From: Desulfatiglandales bacterium
GTDB taxonomy: Bacteria > Desulfobacterota > DSM-4660 > Desulfatiglandales > Desulfatiglandaceae
DNA length: 64,000 nt
NCBI GenBank assembly: GCA_963662465.1
Contig: OY759599.1
Span: 4,096,001-4,160,000 of the forward strand
Direction of reading: 5' to 3'
In this document: piece after piece, positions 9,679-19,439 of the stretch
Position numbering within the stretch: the stretch's first letter is position 1
Layout: the number at the start of each line of letters is the position of its first letter
Notes under the pieces: generated by a model
Database searches by the model: none
Told to the model about the DNA's origin: nothing
The model's input: the letters and a program-made list of their open reading frames with translations, nothing else
Translations under genes and position numbers: made by a program

Positions 9679-11910
9679 ATGAAAATGATGTCGTACAGGA
9701 AAAAGTTATGGGCAGGTTTCATCTTCATCGGAATCATGAACGTCATGTTGCCGTTAACGGCGGCGGCAGAGGAAGAAGCAACGGATCTCGGGAATCTCGT
9801 CGTCACCGGCGAGAAGCTCTTTGTCCCCACGATGGAATCGGATGAAACCGTCTATACGGGCACCAAAGTGACCAAAGAGGGGATCGAGAGTGAAGGGAGC
9901 AAGGCGCAAACCAGCGTTTACCAGGCCATCGATATTCTTCCCGGAATCAGTGTGGAAAGCGCTGATCCATACGGCCTTGGCGCAGAGCAAAGCGCTATCC
10001 GGGTCCGGGGCATGCGCGGCTATCTTGGCGCCATGACAGTGGAAGGGGTGCCCAATTATGGCGGCAACCCCATCGGTCCTCGGGAATATCTTTACGACAC
10101 GGAGAATTTCCAATCCATTTCAGTCTACAAGGGGGCTGTTCCGGGGGACCTGGGAACGGGCGTTGGAGATCGTGGAGGCGCTATTGAGTTGAGTCCGCAA
10201 TGGCCCGGTGAAACCTTCGGAGCGCTGCTCAAGCAAGGGGTGGGCACGGATGGTTACCATCGGAGCTTCTTGCGACTCGAATCCGGTTCGTTGACCGAGG
10301 CTGACACCCGATTTTCCGGATCCTATTCTTACACCCAGGCCGAAAAATGGAAAGGACCGGGTGAAGCCGGCCCCAGGAACAACGCAAACATAGCCTTGTC
10401 GCAACCGATCGGCGACCATGTGGATGTGAAGGTCTGGTTCAATTACAATGATCTGAAGAAAAATCTTTACAGGACACTCAATTATAACCAGATTCAGAGC
10501 CTGTCGGCCAATTACAAGTTTGATTACAATCCGGATCTTACGGGAACGAAAGCTCAGGATCTCTATTATTACGATTACAACCGGGGCAGCTTCGAAAACG
10601 ATGATGTTCTTGCCCTTATCACGATTACACCCTTCGATCGGTTGAAATTTACCTTCAAGCCCTACTACAGCCATGAGAATTCGGAGATTTATCAGGGCGT
10701 GACCTCCGGCGGCGGCCGCGTCCAGAAGAGGAACAGAGAGATCAAGCGCCCAGGGGCAATTGGTGAAGTGACATGGAACAGCCCGTTTTTCACGACGGCC
10801 CTTGGTTATCATTTTGAAAAAAGCGATATGAAGATTTACACAGAGAACTACGGCATCACCTCATCCGGGCTCAACTGGCAGGGCTATGGCAACTTTGCCT
10901 CACCCAGTGACTCCTATATCAACAGCCCTTACTTTAAGATTGCCGGGAGTCATGAGCGCTTCGACTGGCAGGCAGGGCTCAAGTATTTCAGATATGATGA
11001 AGGCGCCAGCGAAGGATATGTCACGGATTCAAAGACATATGAGTTGATAAGAGCGCCTGATCTTGACCGGGAAGAGAGAGTCTACGATATTCTGCTTCCC
11101 ACCGTCGGGGCCGCATTCAAGTTTACTGAAAGCGTTCAGGCCTATGCGAGTTATGGAAAGAACTTTATTCGCCCCTACGCATACATGCCCCTGGTAAATC
11201 TCTACAATAACTACCGACAGAGGTTCATCGATGCCGGGATCACCTTGAACGACCTTTTTAGCGGGTATGAAATGGAGCAGACAGACGCCATTGATTTCGG
11301 CGTACGATGGAATACCCCCTGGTTTGACATCACGCCCACAGTCTTCTTCAATAAAAGCAAAAACCTGTTCACCAATGTTTATGACCCGCGGGTCGATCTC
11401 AGCTACCAACAAAACAATGCAAAGGCTACAGGCTACGGTATCGATGTGGGAACCAACTTCTACCTTGCCAGACCCCTGACGTTTTTCGTCAATCCAAGCT
11501 GGACGGTTCTCACATATGATGACGACATTACTGATTCCAAGGGAAATACAATTCCGCTGAAAGGCAATCAGGTGGTGGATACGCCCGAATTCATGATAAA
11601 AGCCGGTTTGGTTTACAAATGGAGTGATCTTGAGGTTATTCCCATGGTGAGATGGCTAAGTTCGCGATATGGAAATGCGGAGAACACCCAAAAGGTCGAT
11701 TCCTACGCTATTGTTGATCTGCGACTGACCTATGCACTGCAAAATATCCCTGTTGCCCGGGCATTGAAATTCTCTTTGGACCTGAACAACCTGTTCAATA
11801 AGGAGTATATTTCCGTTATCAGTGCCTCGGATTATACCACGGGTGGAAAGGCCGGCTATTACACCGGTAGCCTGTTCACGACGGTGTTTACGGTATCTCT
11901 GGAGTTTTAG
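9679..11910 (+). CDS. TonB-dependent outer-membrane receptor
   Basis: AGGAGG RBS, signal peptide, LVVTG TonB box, plug (IRVRG, VYKG), LNNLFNKEY, terminal Phe. Confidence 0.92.
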   Translation: MKMMSYRKKLWAGFIFIGIMNVMLPLTAAAEEEATDLGNLVVTGEKLFVPTMESDETVYTGTKVTKEGIESEGSKAQTSVYQAIDILPGISVESADPYGLGAEQSAIRVRGMRGYLGAMTVEGVPNYGGNPIGPREYLYDTENFQSISVYKGAVPGDLGTGVGDRGGAIELSPQWPGETFGALLKQGVGTDGYHRSFLRLESGSLTEADTRFSGSYSYTQAEKWKGPGEAGPRNNANIALSQPIGDHVDVKVWFNYNDLKKNLYRTLNYNQIQSLSANYKFDYNPDLTGTKAQDLYYYDYNRGSFENDDVLALITITPFDRLKFTFKPYYSHENSEIYQGVTSGGGRVQKRNREIKRPGAIGEVTWNSPFFTTALGYHFEKSDMKIYTENYGITSSGLNWQGYGNFASPSDSYINSPYFKIAGSHERFDWQAGLKYFRYDEGASEGYVTDSKTYELIRAPDLDREERVYDILLPTVGAAFKFTESVQAYASYGKNFIRPYAYMPLVNLYNNYRQRFIDAGITLNDLFSGYEMEQTDAIDFGVRWNTPWFDITPTVFFNKSKNLFTNVYDPRVDLSYQQNNAKATGYGIDVGTNFYLARPLTFFVNPSWTVLTYDDDITDSKGNTIPLKGNQVVDTPEFMIKAGLVYKWSDLEVIPMVRWLSSRYGNAENTQKVDSYAIVDLRLTYALQNIPVARALKFSLDLNNLFNKEYISVISASDYTTGGKAGYYTGSLFTTVFTVSLEF

Positions 11911-11958
11911 ATCCCTTCGACGAAAAGAAACAATAGCATCCAACTGGAGAAGAAAATA

Positions 11959-13596
11959 ATGAAAAGCGTAAAGATATGGACCGTAATGATGGCGATCGGC
12001 TTACTTATGGCCTGCTCGATGGCCGCAGGGGCCAAAAAAGTTGAAGCAGGGCCGTCAGGCAGTTATTGCGTGGTGGGCATTGGGCCGGGGGATGCGGACC
12101 TTTTGACGGCAAGGGCCGTATCTGTCATCCGCAAGGCGGATATTGTGTTCTGCAACTCGGAAACCCGTGAGAAGTTGGCTGGGCTTGTGGACTTTCAGAA
12201 CAAGCAGGTGCTGGATGGCTATGGGACCCTGTTCCGTTTCCATGGAAAGGTTTGCGGCGCCCTCAGCGAGAACGAGCGCACCCGGCATAAGATGACCTGT
12301 GAAGAGTACCACAAGAAGCAGGCGGAATTCGCGACCCTGGTTCGCGGAGCAGTGGCCGAGGGCAAGAACGTGGTCATGTTGAGCCATGGAGATCCTACCA
12401 TTTACGGACCGGACATCTGGACGCTCAAAGAACTGGCCGATCTGCATCCCTTTGTGGTGCCGGGCCTGAGCGCCTTCAACGCGGCAAATGCAGCCCTTCA
12501 GGTGGGACTGGGCGAGGTGATTCTCACCGCACCTTTTCAGGGAAAGGACGAAGAAAAGGGAAAAGACAGCATCGAAAACCTGGCCGAACACCAAAGGGCG
12601 ACCCTGGTGATCTTCATGCCCCGAAATATTGAAAGACTTTTGGCAAGGCTTAGAACCTCCTGTAATCCGAATACGCCAGTGGCCGTTGTCAGCCATGCGG
12701 GGCAACAGGGCAAGGAAAAGGTGATCACCGGTACGGTGGCGGACATAGCTCGGAAATTAGTGGGACAGAACACCAGGTTTTCCCTGGTCTATGTGGGCAA
12801 CGCATTGAACGAGGCCCAGCACAACGGGAAGGTTTTGAAAAAGGGTTCAAGACCCGGCAAGTTCTATCTTGTGGGGGTAGGGCCCGGCGACCCGGATCTG
12901 GCCACCCTCAGGGCGCTTGAGGTCATGGGAAAAGCGGATCTGATCTTCGCCTCAAAAAGGCTCGCTGAACGTTTCCAAAAGGAACTTTCCGGGAAAGTGG
13001 TCATAAACGGTTATCATCGGCTCTTTCCCTTTTACGGCAAAAAGTGTTCCAAAGTCAGCGAAGAAGAAAAAACAAGAGAAAGGATGAGCTGTGAAGAATA
13101 CCATCAAAAGCAGGCGGAATTGGCCCGATTGGTTCGCGAGGCCGTGGCGGAAGGCAAAACCGTTGCAATGCTTGACAGCGGGGACCCGCTCATTTACGGC
13201 CCCTGCTCCTGGACCCTAAAGGAATTCAAAGACATACAATCCGAAGTCGTACCCGGCCTGAGCTGTTTCAACGCGGCCAACGCGGCCCTTGCACAGGGCG
13301 TCACCGAAGGAAAGCGTTCCCATTCCGTTATTTTGGCTTCGGGCTGGTCCGTGGAGAAAATGGCCGCGCTTCAAAGCACTCTGGTGCTTTTCACCATGCG
13401 GACCGAATTCAAGAAATTCATTGACGCCCTGTCCAGACACTATCCATCCGATACGCCCATCGCCATCGTCTCCAGCGCGGGTTATGCACGGAAGGAAAAG
13501 GTGCTGAGGGGAAGGCTGGACAGCATCATGGCGCAGACGACAAAGGAGCGCCTGCCTTTTGAGTACATGATTTATGTGGGGGATTTCCTTAAATGA
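11959..13596 (+). CDS. Exported protein with two tandem tetrapyrrole (class III SAM) methyltransferase domains, CobM/CbiF-like fold
   Basis: Two copies of VG.GPGD.DL.T.RA, GDP.IYG and VVPGLS.FNAANAAL; N-terminal signal/lipobox LMAC. Confidence 0.85.
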   Translation: MKSVKIWTVMMAIGLLMACSMAAGAKKVEAGPSGSYCVVGIGPGDADLLTARAVSVIRKADIVFCNSETREKLAGLVDFQNKQVLDGYGTLFRFHGKVCGALSENERTRHKMTCEEYHKKQAEFATLVRGAVAEGKNVVMLSHGDPTIYGPDIWTLKELADLHPFVVPGLSAFNAANAALQVGLGEVILTAPFQGKDEEKGKDSIENLAEHQRATLVIFMPRNIERLLARLRTSCNPNTPVAVVSHAGQQGKEKVITGTVADIARKLVGQNTRFSLVYVGNALNEAQHNGKVLKKGSRPGKFYLVGVGPGDPDLATLRALEVMGKADLIFASKRLAERFQKELSGKVVINGYHRLFPFYGKKCSKVSEEEKTRERMSCEEYHQKQAELARLVREAVAEGKTVAMLDSGDPLIYGPCSWTLKEFKDIQSEVVPGLSCFNAANAALAQGVTEGKRSHSVILASGWSVEKMAALQSTLVLFTMRTEFKKFIDALSRHYPSDTPIAIVSSAGYARKEKVLRGRLDSIMAQTTKERLPFEYMIYVGDFLK

Positions 13597-13631
13597 CCAA
13601 CGAAACCAATTTACGGCTCAAGGAGGGACCA

Positions 13632-14453
13632 ATGAAGACCAGATTTTTTTTCATGACTATTTGTTTGGCGATCACCATGATCGCCGGTTCTCAAGCCTTT
13701 GCGCACAATATCTGGATTAACCCGGAGAATCATTGCCCGCAGGTGGGAGAAACCGTGGATATCGGAATCGGGTGGGGGCACAGCTACCCCGCCGGTCGTG
13801 TTGACCAGGAAATGAAGCCGGGAATGTTTGGGTATATCCGGATTCTGGACCCGGATGGAATAAAAGTGGAACCTGCGAAATTGTCCGAAAAACGCTACCG
13901 GTTGAAAATCGAAAAGGAGGGTGTATATCTTGTGACCGCGGGAATTAAGCCCGGAGTCTTCACAAAGACCCCTCAGGGAAGGCAATGGAGCGACAAGAAA
14001 GGGGTGAAAAATCCCATTTCCTGTACCAGTTTTTGCATTGAGGCGAAAACGGTGATTGTCGCCGGGGCGAATGACAAAAATCTCATGGCGGCGACCGGTC
14101 AGGAACTTGAGATTATTCCCCTTTCCAATCCAAAGATGCTGAAGCCGGGGGATGAGCTGAGCCTCATGGTGATGTTCAGGGGAAAGCCCGCGCCGGACGT
14201 TGCCGTCAACGCCACCTACGCCGGTTTTGCGGATGGAAAAAAGCCTAAAGATATTGCTCCCCATAGACAAGTCAAAGGCAAAAAGTCCCATTTTCCGGTC
14301 AGCACCAAGACCGACAGTCAGGGCAGGGCATTGATTCCCTTGACCAAATCCGGCTACTGGATGATTGTTATTTCTCATAAGAGCCCTTACCCGGATAAGG
14401 AGACCTGTGATGAGTATATGCACAACATGGCCTTTACCTTTCAGGTCCAATAG
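13632..14453 (+). CDS. DUF4198 periplasmic protein
   Basis: Signal peptide AFA-HNIWI, GWGH, LEIIPLSNP, KTDSQGRA, GYWMI. Confidence 0.85.
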   Translation: MKTRFFFMTICLAITMIAGSQAFAHNIWINPENHCPQVGETVDIGIGWGHSYPAGRVDQEMKPGMFGYIRILDPDGIKVEPAKLSEKRYRLKIEKEGVYLVTAGIKPGVFTKTPQGRQWSDKKGVKNPISCTSFCIEAKTVIVAGANDKNLMAATGQELEIIPLSNPKMLKPGDELSLMVMFRGKPAPDVAVNATYAGFADGKKPKDIAPHRQVKGKKSHFPVSTKTDSQGRALIPLTKSGYWMIVISHKSPYPDKETCDEYMHNMAFTFQVQ

Positions 14454-14546
14454 GCGTAACCGTTTTCACAGGCAGGTTTCTGCCTTAGACAATCCTGATG
14501 TCAATTATCATCAACTTACGATGTTTCTTATATTAACGGTTTTGTG

Positions 14547-15044
14547 ATGAAAAAATTTCTACGGTCCTTTCTTCTCCTCTTCCTTCTCGTCTTCATTCTT
14601 CTGCGGACGTCTTTTGATGCGTGGTCCCACGGGACGGACTACAGCCTTGTCAAAGACGCGAATTTGGCGGCTATTGAATTCCATTACTCGGACGGCGAAC
14701 CCATGTCCTATGCCGAAGTACTTGTATTCAGCCCGCAAAACCGCCAGGTGGAACATCAGAACGCAAGAACCGACAAGCATGGGAAGTTCGCCTTCTGCCC
14801 GGATATACAGGGGGCCTGGCTGATCACCGCGAATGACGGCATGGGCCATTTGTGTGAGGCAACGGTGGCGATAGGCCCGGAAACGTCCTTTGAAAAGGCT
14901 GCCAAGCCGCAGGGTTATACCGATTCCGGGCATCCTCTTCAGGGTTCAAAGATTTTAAAGATCATTTCCGGACTCAGCCTGATATTGAACCTTGCATTTG
15001 CAGCCGAATTCTTTCATCGATGGTTAATCGCCGCCAAGGGGTGA
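14547..15044 (+). CDS. CbiL/NikL-like metal uptake accessory protein
   Basis: Signal peptide then HG, YSDGEPMSYAEV, RTDKHGKFAF.PD, DGMGH, C-terminal TM. Confidence 0.65.
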   Translation: MKKFLRSFLLLFLLVFILLRTSFDAWSHGTDYSLVKDANLAAIEFHYSDGEPMSYAEVLVFSPQNRQVEHQNARTDKHGKFAFCPDIQGAWLITANDGMGHLCEATVAIGPETSFEKAAKPQGYTDSGHPLQGSKILKIISGLSLILNLAFAAEFFHRWLIAAKG

Positions 15045-15048
15045 TCGA

Positions 15049-16401
15049 ATGGAAATGGCACAGGAAGAGCTTCAACGGGGATTCGGGCTGTCAACAGCCA
15101 CATATATGGTCATCGCCAGCATGATTGGAACCGGGATTCTGGTTTCCCCCGGGTACATGATGGCGTCTCTCGGGAATTACCCCGTTATATTCGGGCTTTG
15201 GGCCATCGGCGGGTTGCTGGCCCTTTGCGGGGCACTTTGCGTGGCGGAATTGGCGGCCGCCCTGCCGCGGGCGGGTGGGGAGTACGTTTACCTTCGCGAA
15301 GCATACGGTCCCATGCCCGCCTTTCTCTCCGGTTGGACGTCTTTTTTTGTCGGTTTCTCGGCGCCCCTGGCAGTGGCCGGCTATGTTGCGGCTTCATACC
15401 TTTTGACGCCGTTTCAGTTTGCTAAGGACGAAACGGAACAAATGATCAAGGTGGCGGCCGCCGTCATTATCGTTGCGGTTACTTTGCCCAATCTTCTGGG
15501 CCACCGTCAGTCCGCCTGGACGCAAAACCTCACGACAATTCTCAAGCTGGGTCTGTTTGTGGTTCTGGTGGCGGCCGCGTTTTTATGTGGCGATGGGCGC
15601 CTGGCGCACATTTCACTGGGGCAGCCCATGGGAAAGGTGGGACTGGAAACCGCGGCGACACAGTTGTTCTATGTCATGTTTGCCTACAGCGGTTGGAACG
15701 CTGCAAGCTATATGGCCGGCGAGGTGAAAAATCCCGCGAAAACCCTCCCGCGGTCACTGCTCCTGGGTACTGGGGTTGTCATTGTGCTTTATTTAGCGCT
15801 CAACCTTGTTTTTGTCTATGCAGTTCCTCTGGCCGGGGTGGGATTTGACAATGCGGAACAGGTCCCCCAGATGGCCGTCAGAAATTTATTTGGCGTGAAG
15901 GCTGCGAGCGTTTTCAACGTTATGTTGGGATTGACGTTTCTGGCCACGGTGAGCGCTTTCATTATCACCGGTCCCAGGGTCTACTATGCCATGGCAAAAG
16001 ATGGATTGTTCCCATCATTGGCGGGGCATGTCAGTCCAAAAGGACGGGTCCCCGTCTATGCGATGATCTCGCAGAGCGTCTGTGCCATCGTCATTTTGTT
16101 CGTGACGGACTTCCGGAACCTGTACCAGTATACCTCTGTGGGATTGTCGGTTTTTGCATTGCTTGTTATCGGCGCCGTCTACGTCCTCAGGTGGCGCCGG
16201 CCGGATATGGAAAGGCCGTTTCGTCTGCCCGGATATCCGGTTGTTCCGGCGATCTTCCTGGCGGTAATTCTCTTCATGACGGTGTTCGCCTTCAAGCAGT
16301 GGCCAAAGCCATCAGCTTATAGTATCGGTAGTATCCTTGCCGGTATCCCGGTGTATTATGCCTGGACCTTCTATGTTCGCCGCTTCGGAAGCCCTGCTTG
16401 A
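15049..16401 (+). CDS. APC-family amino acid permease
   Basis: MIGTGI, LPRAGGEYVYL, FAYSGWN, GEVKNP, PRVYYAMA; ~12 TM segments. Confidence 0.92.
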   Translation: MEMAQEELQRGFGLSTATYMVIASMIGTGILVSPGYMMASLGNYPVIFGLWAIGGLLALCGALCVAELAAALPRAGGEYVYLREAYGPMPAFLSGWTSFFVGFSAPLAVAGYVAASYLLTPFQFAKDETEQMIKVAAAVIIVAVTLPNLLGHRQSAWTQNLTTILKLGLFVVLVAAAFLCGDGRLAHISLGQPMGKVGLETAATQLFYVMFAYSGWNAASYMAGEVKNPAKTLPRSLLLGTGVVIVLYLALNLVFVYAVPLAGVGFDNAEQVPQMAVRNLFGVKAASVFNVMLGLTFLATVSAFIITGPRVYYAMAKDGLFPSLAGHVSPKGRVPVYAMISQSVCAIVILFVTDFRNLYQYTSVGLSVFALLVIGAVYVLRWRRPDMERPFRLPGYPVVPAIFLAVILFMTVFAFKQWPKPSAYSIGSILAGIPVYYAWTFYVRRFGSPA

Positions 16402-16473
16402 TGATTTGTAACCACTTCAATAAGCATGGGGGTGATTTGATGCCTGATGTATATGGAAATGGCCGTGCAGCGT
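16049..16473 (+). repeat. Diverged direct duplication of 1..~423 (permease 3' end plus cbiO 3' tail)
   Basis: Colinear high identity continuing past the permease stop into the His-rich cbiO tail, ending abruptly near 16473. Confidence 0.85.
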
Positions 16474-16493
16474 GGTAGCAGTCAAAGAACTGA

Positions 16494-17177
16494 TTAGCTG
16501 GTAATGATGTAAGATATGGCCATTGGCCCATGCACACCTTGTACTCGTATCAACTCAATATCAGCCGTAGTACTGGCGCCGGAAATAAAGTTAACTGAGT
16601 TTGGCAATCCTATAGCAATCTGTTCCCGGAGAAAAGACATCGCCTGGGTGAGACGGGGACGAAGATCCTGTTTGCGGATAATCGTTACTGTGTATGCAGG
16701 CAGGAGAGAAACCGAGCGACCGGAACCAAGATGACTGAACATCACAACGGCGCCGGATTCAGCAAGCGCAAGTTCTGCTTTTGCAATGCCGACTGATGCC
16801 TGCTCGGCATTTGTAATATTTTCCTTACGTGACAAGGTGAGGTCCCATATTTTCAATTGATCAAAATGATTTTTTAAAACGTCAAAGGTGTCATGTTCAC
16901 TAAAAAAATCCTGATCAGCCAACACAACCGGTCCCTTACCAAAAGCAGCAACCGCCTTGATAATGGTTTTATTGAGATCGCCTGATTCACATTGATAAAC
17001 AGTGGTCCCGGAAGCCTCAGCGTTTCTTATAAATATTTTTTCCAGTTCATCTATGCCGATATCCTTCAGGTAGTGGTGAGTATGGGGAATACTCAAAGGC
17101 GTTGGCTCAACGGGAACAGTGTTGCGACCGAGACAATTTGATATCCGTTTGATAAATTTTTCTTTTCCGTCAATCAT
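16494..17177 (-). CDS. lutC: L-lactate utilisation protein LutC (LUD domain)
   Basis: ALAESGAVV, GRSVSLLP, FISGASTTADIEL..VQGVHGP. Confidence 0.9.
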   Translation of the reverse strand: MIDGKEKFIKRISNCLGRNTVPVEPTPLSIPHTHHYLKDIGIDELEKIFIRNAEASGTTVYQCESGDLNKTIIKAVAAFGKGPVVLADQDFFSEHDTFDVLKNHFDQLKIWDLTLSRKENITNAEQASVGIAKAELALAESGAVVMFSHLGSGRSVSLLPAYTVTIIRKQDLRPRLTQAMSFLREQIAIGLPNSVNFISGASTTADIELIRVQGVHGPMAISYIITS

Positions 17178-18579
17178 TTTGCGCCTCTTCCTTTTTATGT
17201 TTTCTGAACCAGTCCCTGAATCGTTTTTGGGGAACTTTCGGCAACTCTCTTTCTTTATACCATTCTTTCATTGGTCCGATTTTAGGAAGAAGGTTATTAA
17301 AACGGGTCAGTTTCGTTCCCAGATCGTAAAGGCCGCTACTACCGATAACCTGCGAATAAAGTCCCATGATGAAGGTCTCAGCTTTTCCCGTGAGTTGTTT
17401 TTCTTCGGCAACAACACGGCGGTGTTTAAGGATAAATTGATAAAGAGGAATTTTTACCGGACAGACATCGTTACAGGCGCCGCATAAGGAACAGATCTTT
17501 ATCATATCTTTATACGCCTCATAGCCGGCAAGAACGGGAACCAGCGCAAGGCCAAGGGGGCCTGGATACAAAGCGCCGTAGCCATGACCACTGATATGGC
17601 GGTAAGCAGGGCACTCAAGCATACAGGTTCCGCAGCGAATGCATCGCAAAACATCCCTGAAATCGCTTTCCAGCACATGAGAGCGTCCGTTGTCAACGAT
17701 GATAATATGCAGTTCTTCCGGACCGTCCTTGTCATTTTCTCCCTTGGGCCCGGTCATAAAACTTAAATACGATGTCAGTTTGGCGCCCACCGCACTGCGG
17801 ACCAGCATACTGAAAAGAATATCGAGTTCGACAAAGGTGGGTACAATACGCTCCATCCCCATAAACACAATCTGGGTCTTTGGCGTTGTGGCGACAAAGC
17901 GGCCATTGCCTTCGTTGGTTGCCAAGGTGACGGTTCCGGTTTCAGCAACCGCGAAATTACAGCCGGTAATACCCACATCCGCGGTCAGAAATTCCGTCCG
18001 AATTTGCTTGCGGACAAAACAAGTAATGTTTTCCGGTACATTATCTCCAGTATAGCCCTTTTTTTCGGCAAAGACCTCTCGAATCCTGTCACGGTTTTTA
18101 TGAAGGGCCGGAACAACGATATGGGAAGGCTTGTCATGGTCATCTGTCTGGAGGATGTATTCGCCAAGATCCGTCTCAACAACCTCAATGCCGGCCTTTT
18201 CAAGTGCTTCATTCAAGCCAATCTCTTCGGTGACCATTGATTTTGATTTTACCGCCTTGCCGGCTTTGATCCTGTTCAGGATTTGAAGGGCATGATCAGT
18301 GGCTTCCCGGGCAGTTTGGGCAAAAAAAACCTGGGCGCCATTTTGGGTGGCCTTGTCAGCAAACCGGTTCAAATAATAATCCAGGTTCTCCAAAACATGA
18401 CTTCGGATAGCCGCCGCATTTTCCCGCCACTGTTCGTAATTTCCCAGTTCTTCAAAGGCGTCCGAACGTTTCCGGTTAAGCAGATCCTGAGCTCTGGCAA
18501 TGGCGGTGCGCATGAACTTGTCGGCAAGTTCTTTTTCCAGGCGTTTATTTAAAGGGAGATCACTTGTTTTGATGCTCAT
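17170..18579 (-). CDS. lutB: L-lactate utilisation Fe-S protein LutB
   Basis: VKSKSMVTEEI, ETDLGEYI, PSHIVVPALH, CIRCGTC...CP and CSLCGAC..VCP ferredoxin motifs. Confidence 0.93.
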   Translation of the reverse strand: MSIKTSDLPLNKRLEKELADKFMRTAIARAQDLLNRKRSDAFEELGNYEQWRENAAAIRSHVLENLDYYLNRFADKATQNGAQVFFAQTAREATDHALQILNRIKAGKAVKSKSMVTEEIGLNEALEKAGIEVVETDLGEYILQTDDHDKPSHIVVPALHKNRDRIREVFAEKKGYTGDNVPENITCFVRKQIRTEFLTADVGITGCNFAVAETGTVTLATNEGNGRFVATTPKTQIVFMGMERIVPTFVELDILFSMLVRSAVGAKLTSYLSFMTGPKGENDKDGPEELHIIIVDNGRSHVLESDFRDVLRCIRCGTCMLECPAYRHISGHGYGALYPGPLGLALVPVLAGYEAYKDMIKICSLCGACNDVCPVKIPLYQFILKHRRVVAEEKQLTGKAETFIMGLYSQVIGSSGLYDLGTKLTRFNNLLPKIGPMKEWYKERELPKVPQKRFRDWFRKHKKEEAQND

Positions 18580-18603
18580 GTTTTAAATCCTAAATTGGCT
18601 GGG

Positions 18604-19335
18604 TTAGTCTTTTGCCGTCAGCGCTTCGACAATGTGCAGAACTTCAATTTTGTGTCCTTGACGCCGGATACGACCCTCAATGTTCATCAGGCAGCCGGCA
18701 TCAGCGCCGATTAGATAGTCGACACCTGCTTTAACGATATTGTCTACCTTTTCAGCAACCATGGCGCCGCTTAGAGGGCCAAGCTTGACGGCAAAAGCGC
18801 CGCCGAAACCACAACATTTATCCTGTCCCGGAAAAGATACCATCTCAAGATCCCGGATGTTTGCAAGAAGAGTAAGCGGGGGCTCTTTGACGCCAAGGAG
18901 ACGGGTCATATGACAGGATGGATGATAGACCGCTTTGCCTTTCAGTCTTGCGCCAACATCAGTAACGCCTAAGATGTTAACTATAAAATCCGTTATTTCC
19001 CAGATTTTACCAGCCAGAATTTTGGACATGGATTCCCATTTGGAATCACCCTTGAAAAATTCAGGATACTCTTTGACCTGCCAAACGCAAGAACCACTTG
19101 GGGCTACAATATATTCACAATCATCTTCCAGCAGTGCAGCCATGAGGGTGCGCATACCCTTTTTTGCCTTTTCGTAAAAACCTGAATTGACCAGAGGCTG
19201 GGCGCAACAGGTTTGCTTTGGATTAAAACTGACTTCGCAACCCAGTTTTTCAAGGAGTAGGACGGAATGAATTGCGATATTGGGGAAAAGGGTGTCACCC
19301 AGACAGGTGGCAAAAAAAGATACTCGTTTGGTCAT
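18604..19335 (-). CDS. lutA: L-lactate utilisation protein LutA (CCG domains)
   Basis: FATCL.D, QTCCAQP, PSGSC, YHPSCH, CCGFGG.F, D.GCLMNI; ATG at 19335. Confidence 0.92.
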   Translation of the reverse strand: MTKRVSFFATCLGDTLFPNIAIHSVLLLEKLGCEVSFNPKQTCCAQPLVNSGFYEKAKKGMRTLMAALLEDDCEYIVAPSGSCVWQVKEYPEFFKGDSKWESMSKILAGKIWEITDFIVNILGVTDVGARLKGKAVYHPSCHMTRLLGVKEPPLTLLANIRDLEMVSFPGQDKCCGFGGAFAVKLGPLSGAMVAEKVDNIVKAGVDYLIGADAGCLMNIEGRIRRQGHKIEVLHIVEALTAKD

Positions 19336-19439
19336 ATCCAAGTCCTCATTAATGTGAGATATCGCCGTAGTTTGATTTTTCAAATGTGCAACTGACGCGC
19401 CGGTTCTCCAGCCCACACGCCGATGTAGTTGTCCTCACA

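Noticed and set aside
11959..13596. Assigning cobM/cbiF/cobA and calling a B12 biosynthesis operon
   Set aside because: Tandem domains, a signal peptide and the absence of other corrin biosynthesis genes argue against a specific symbol
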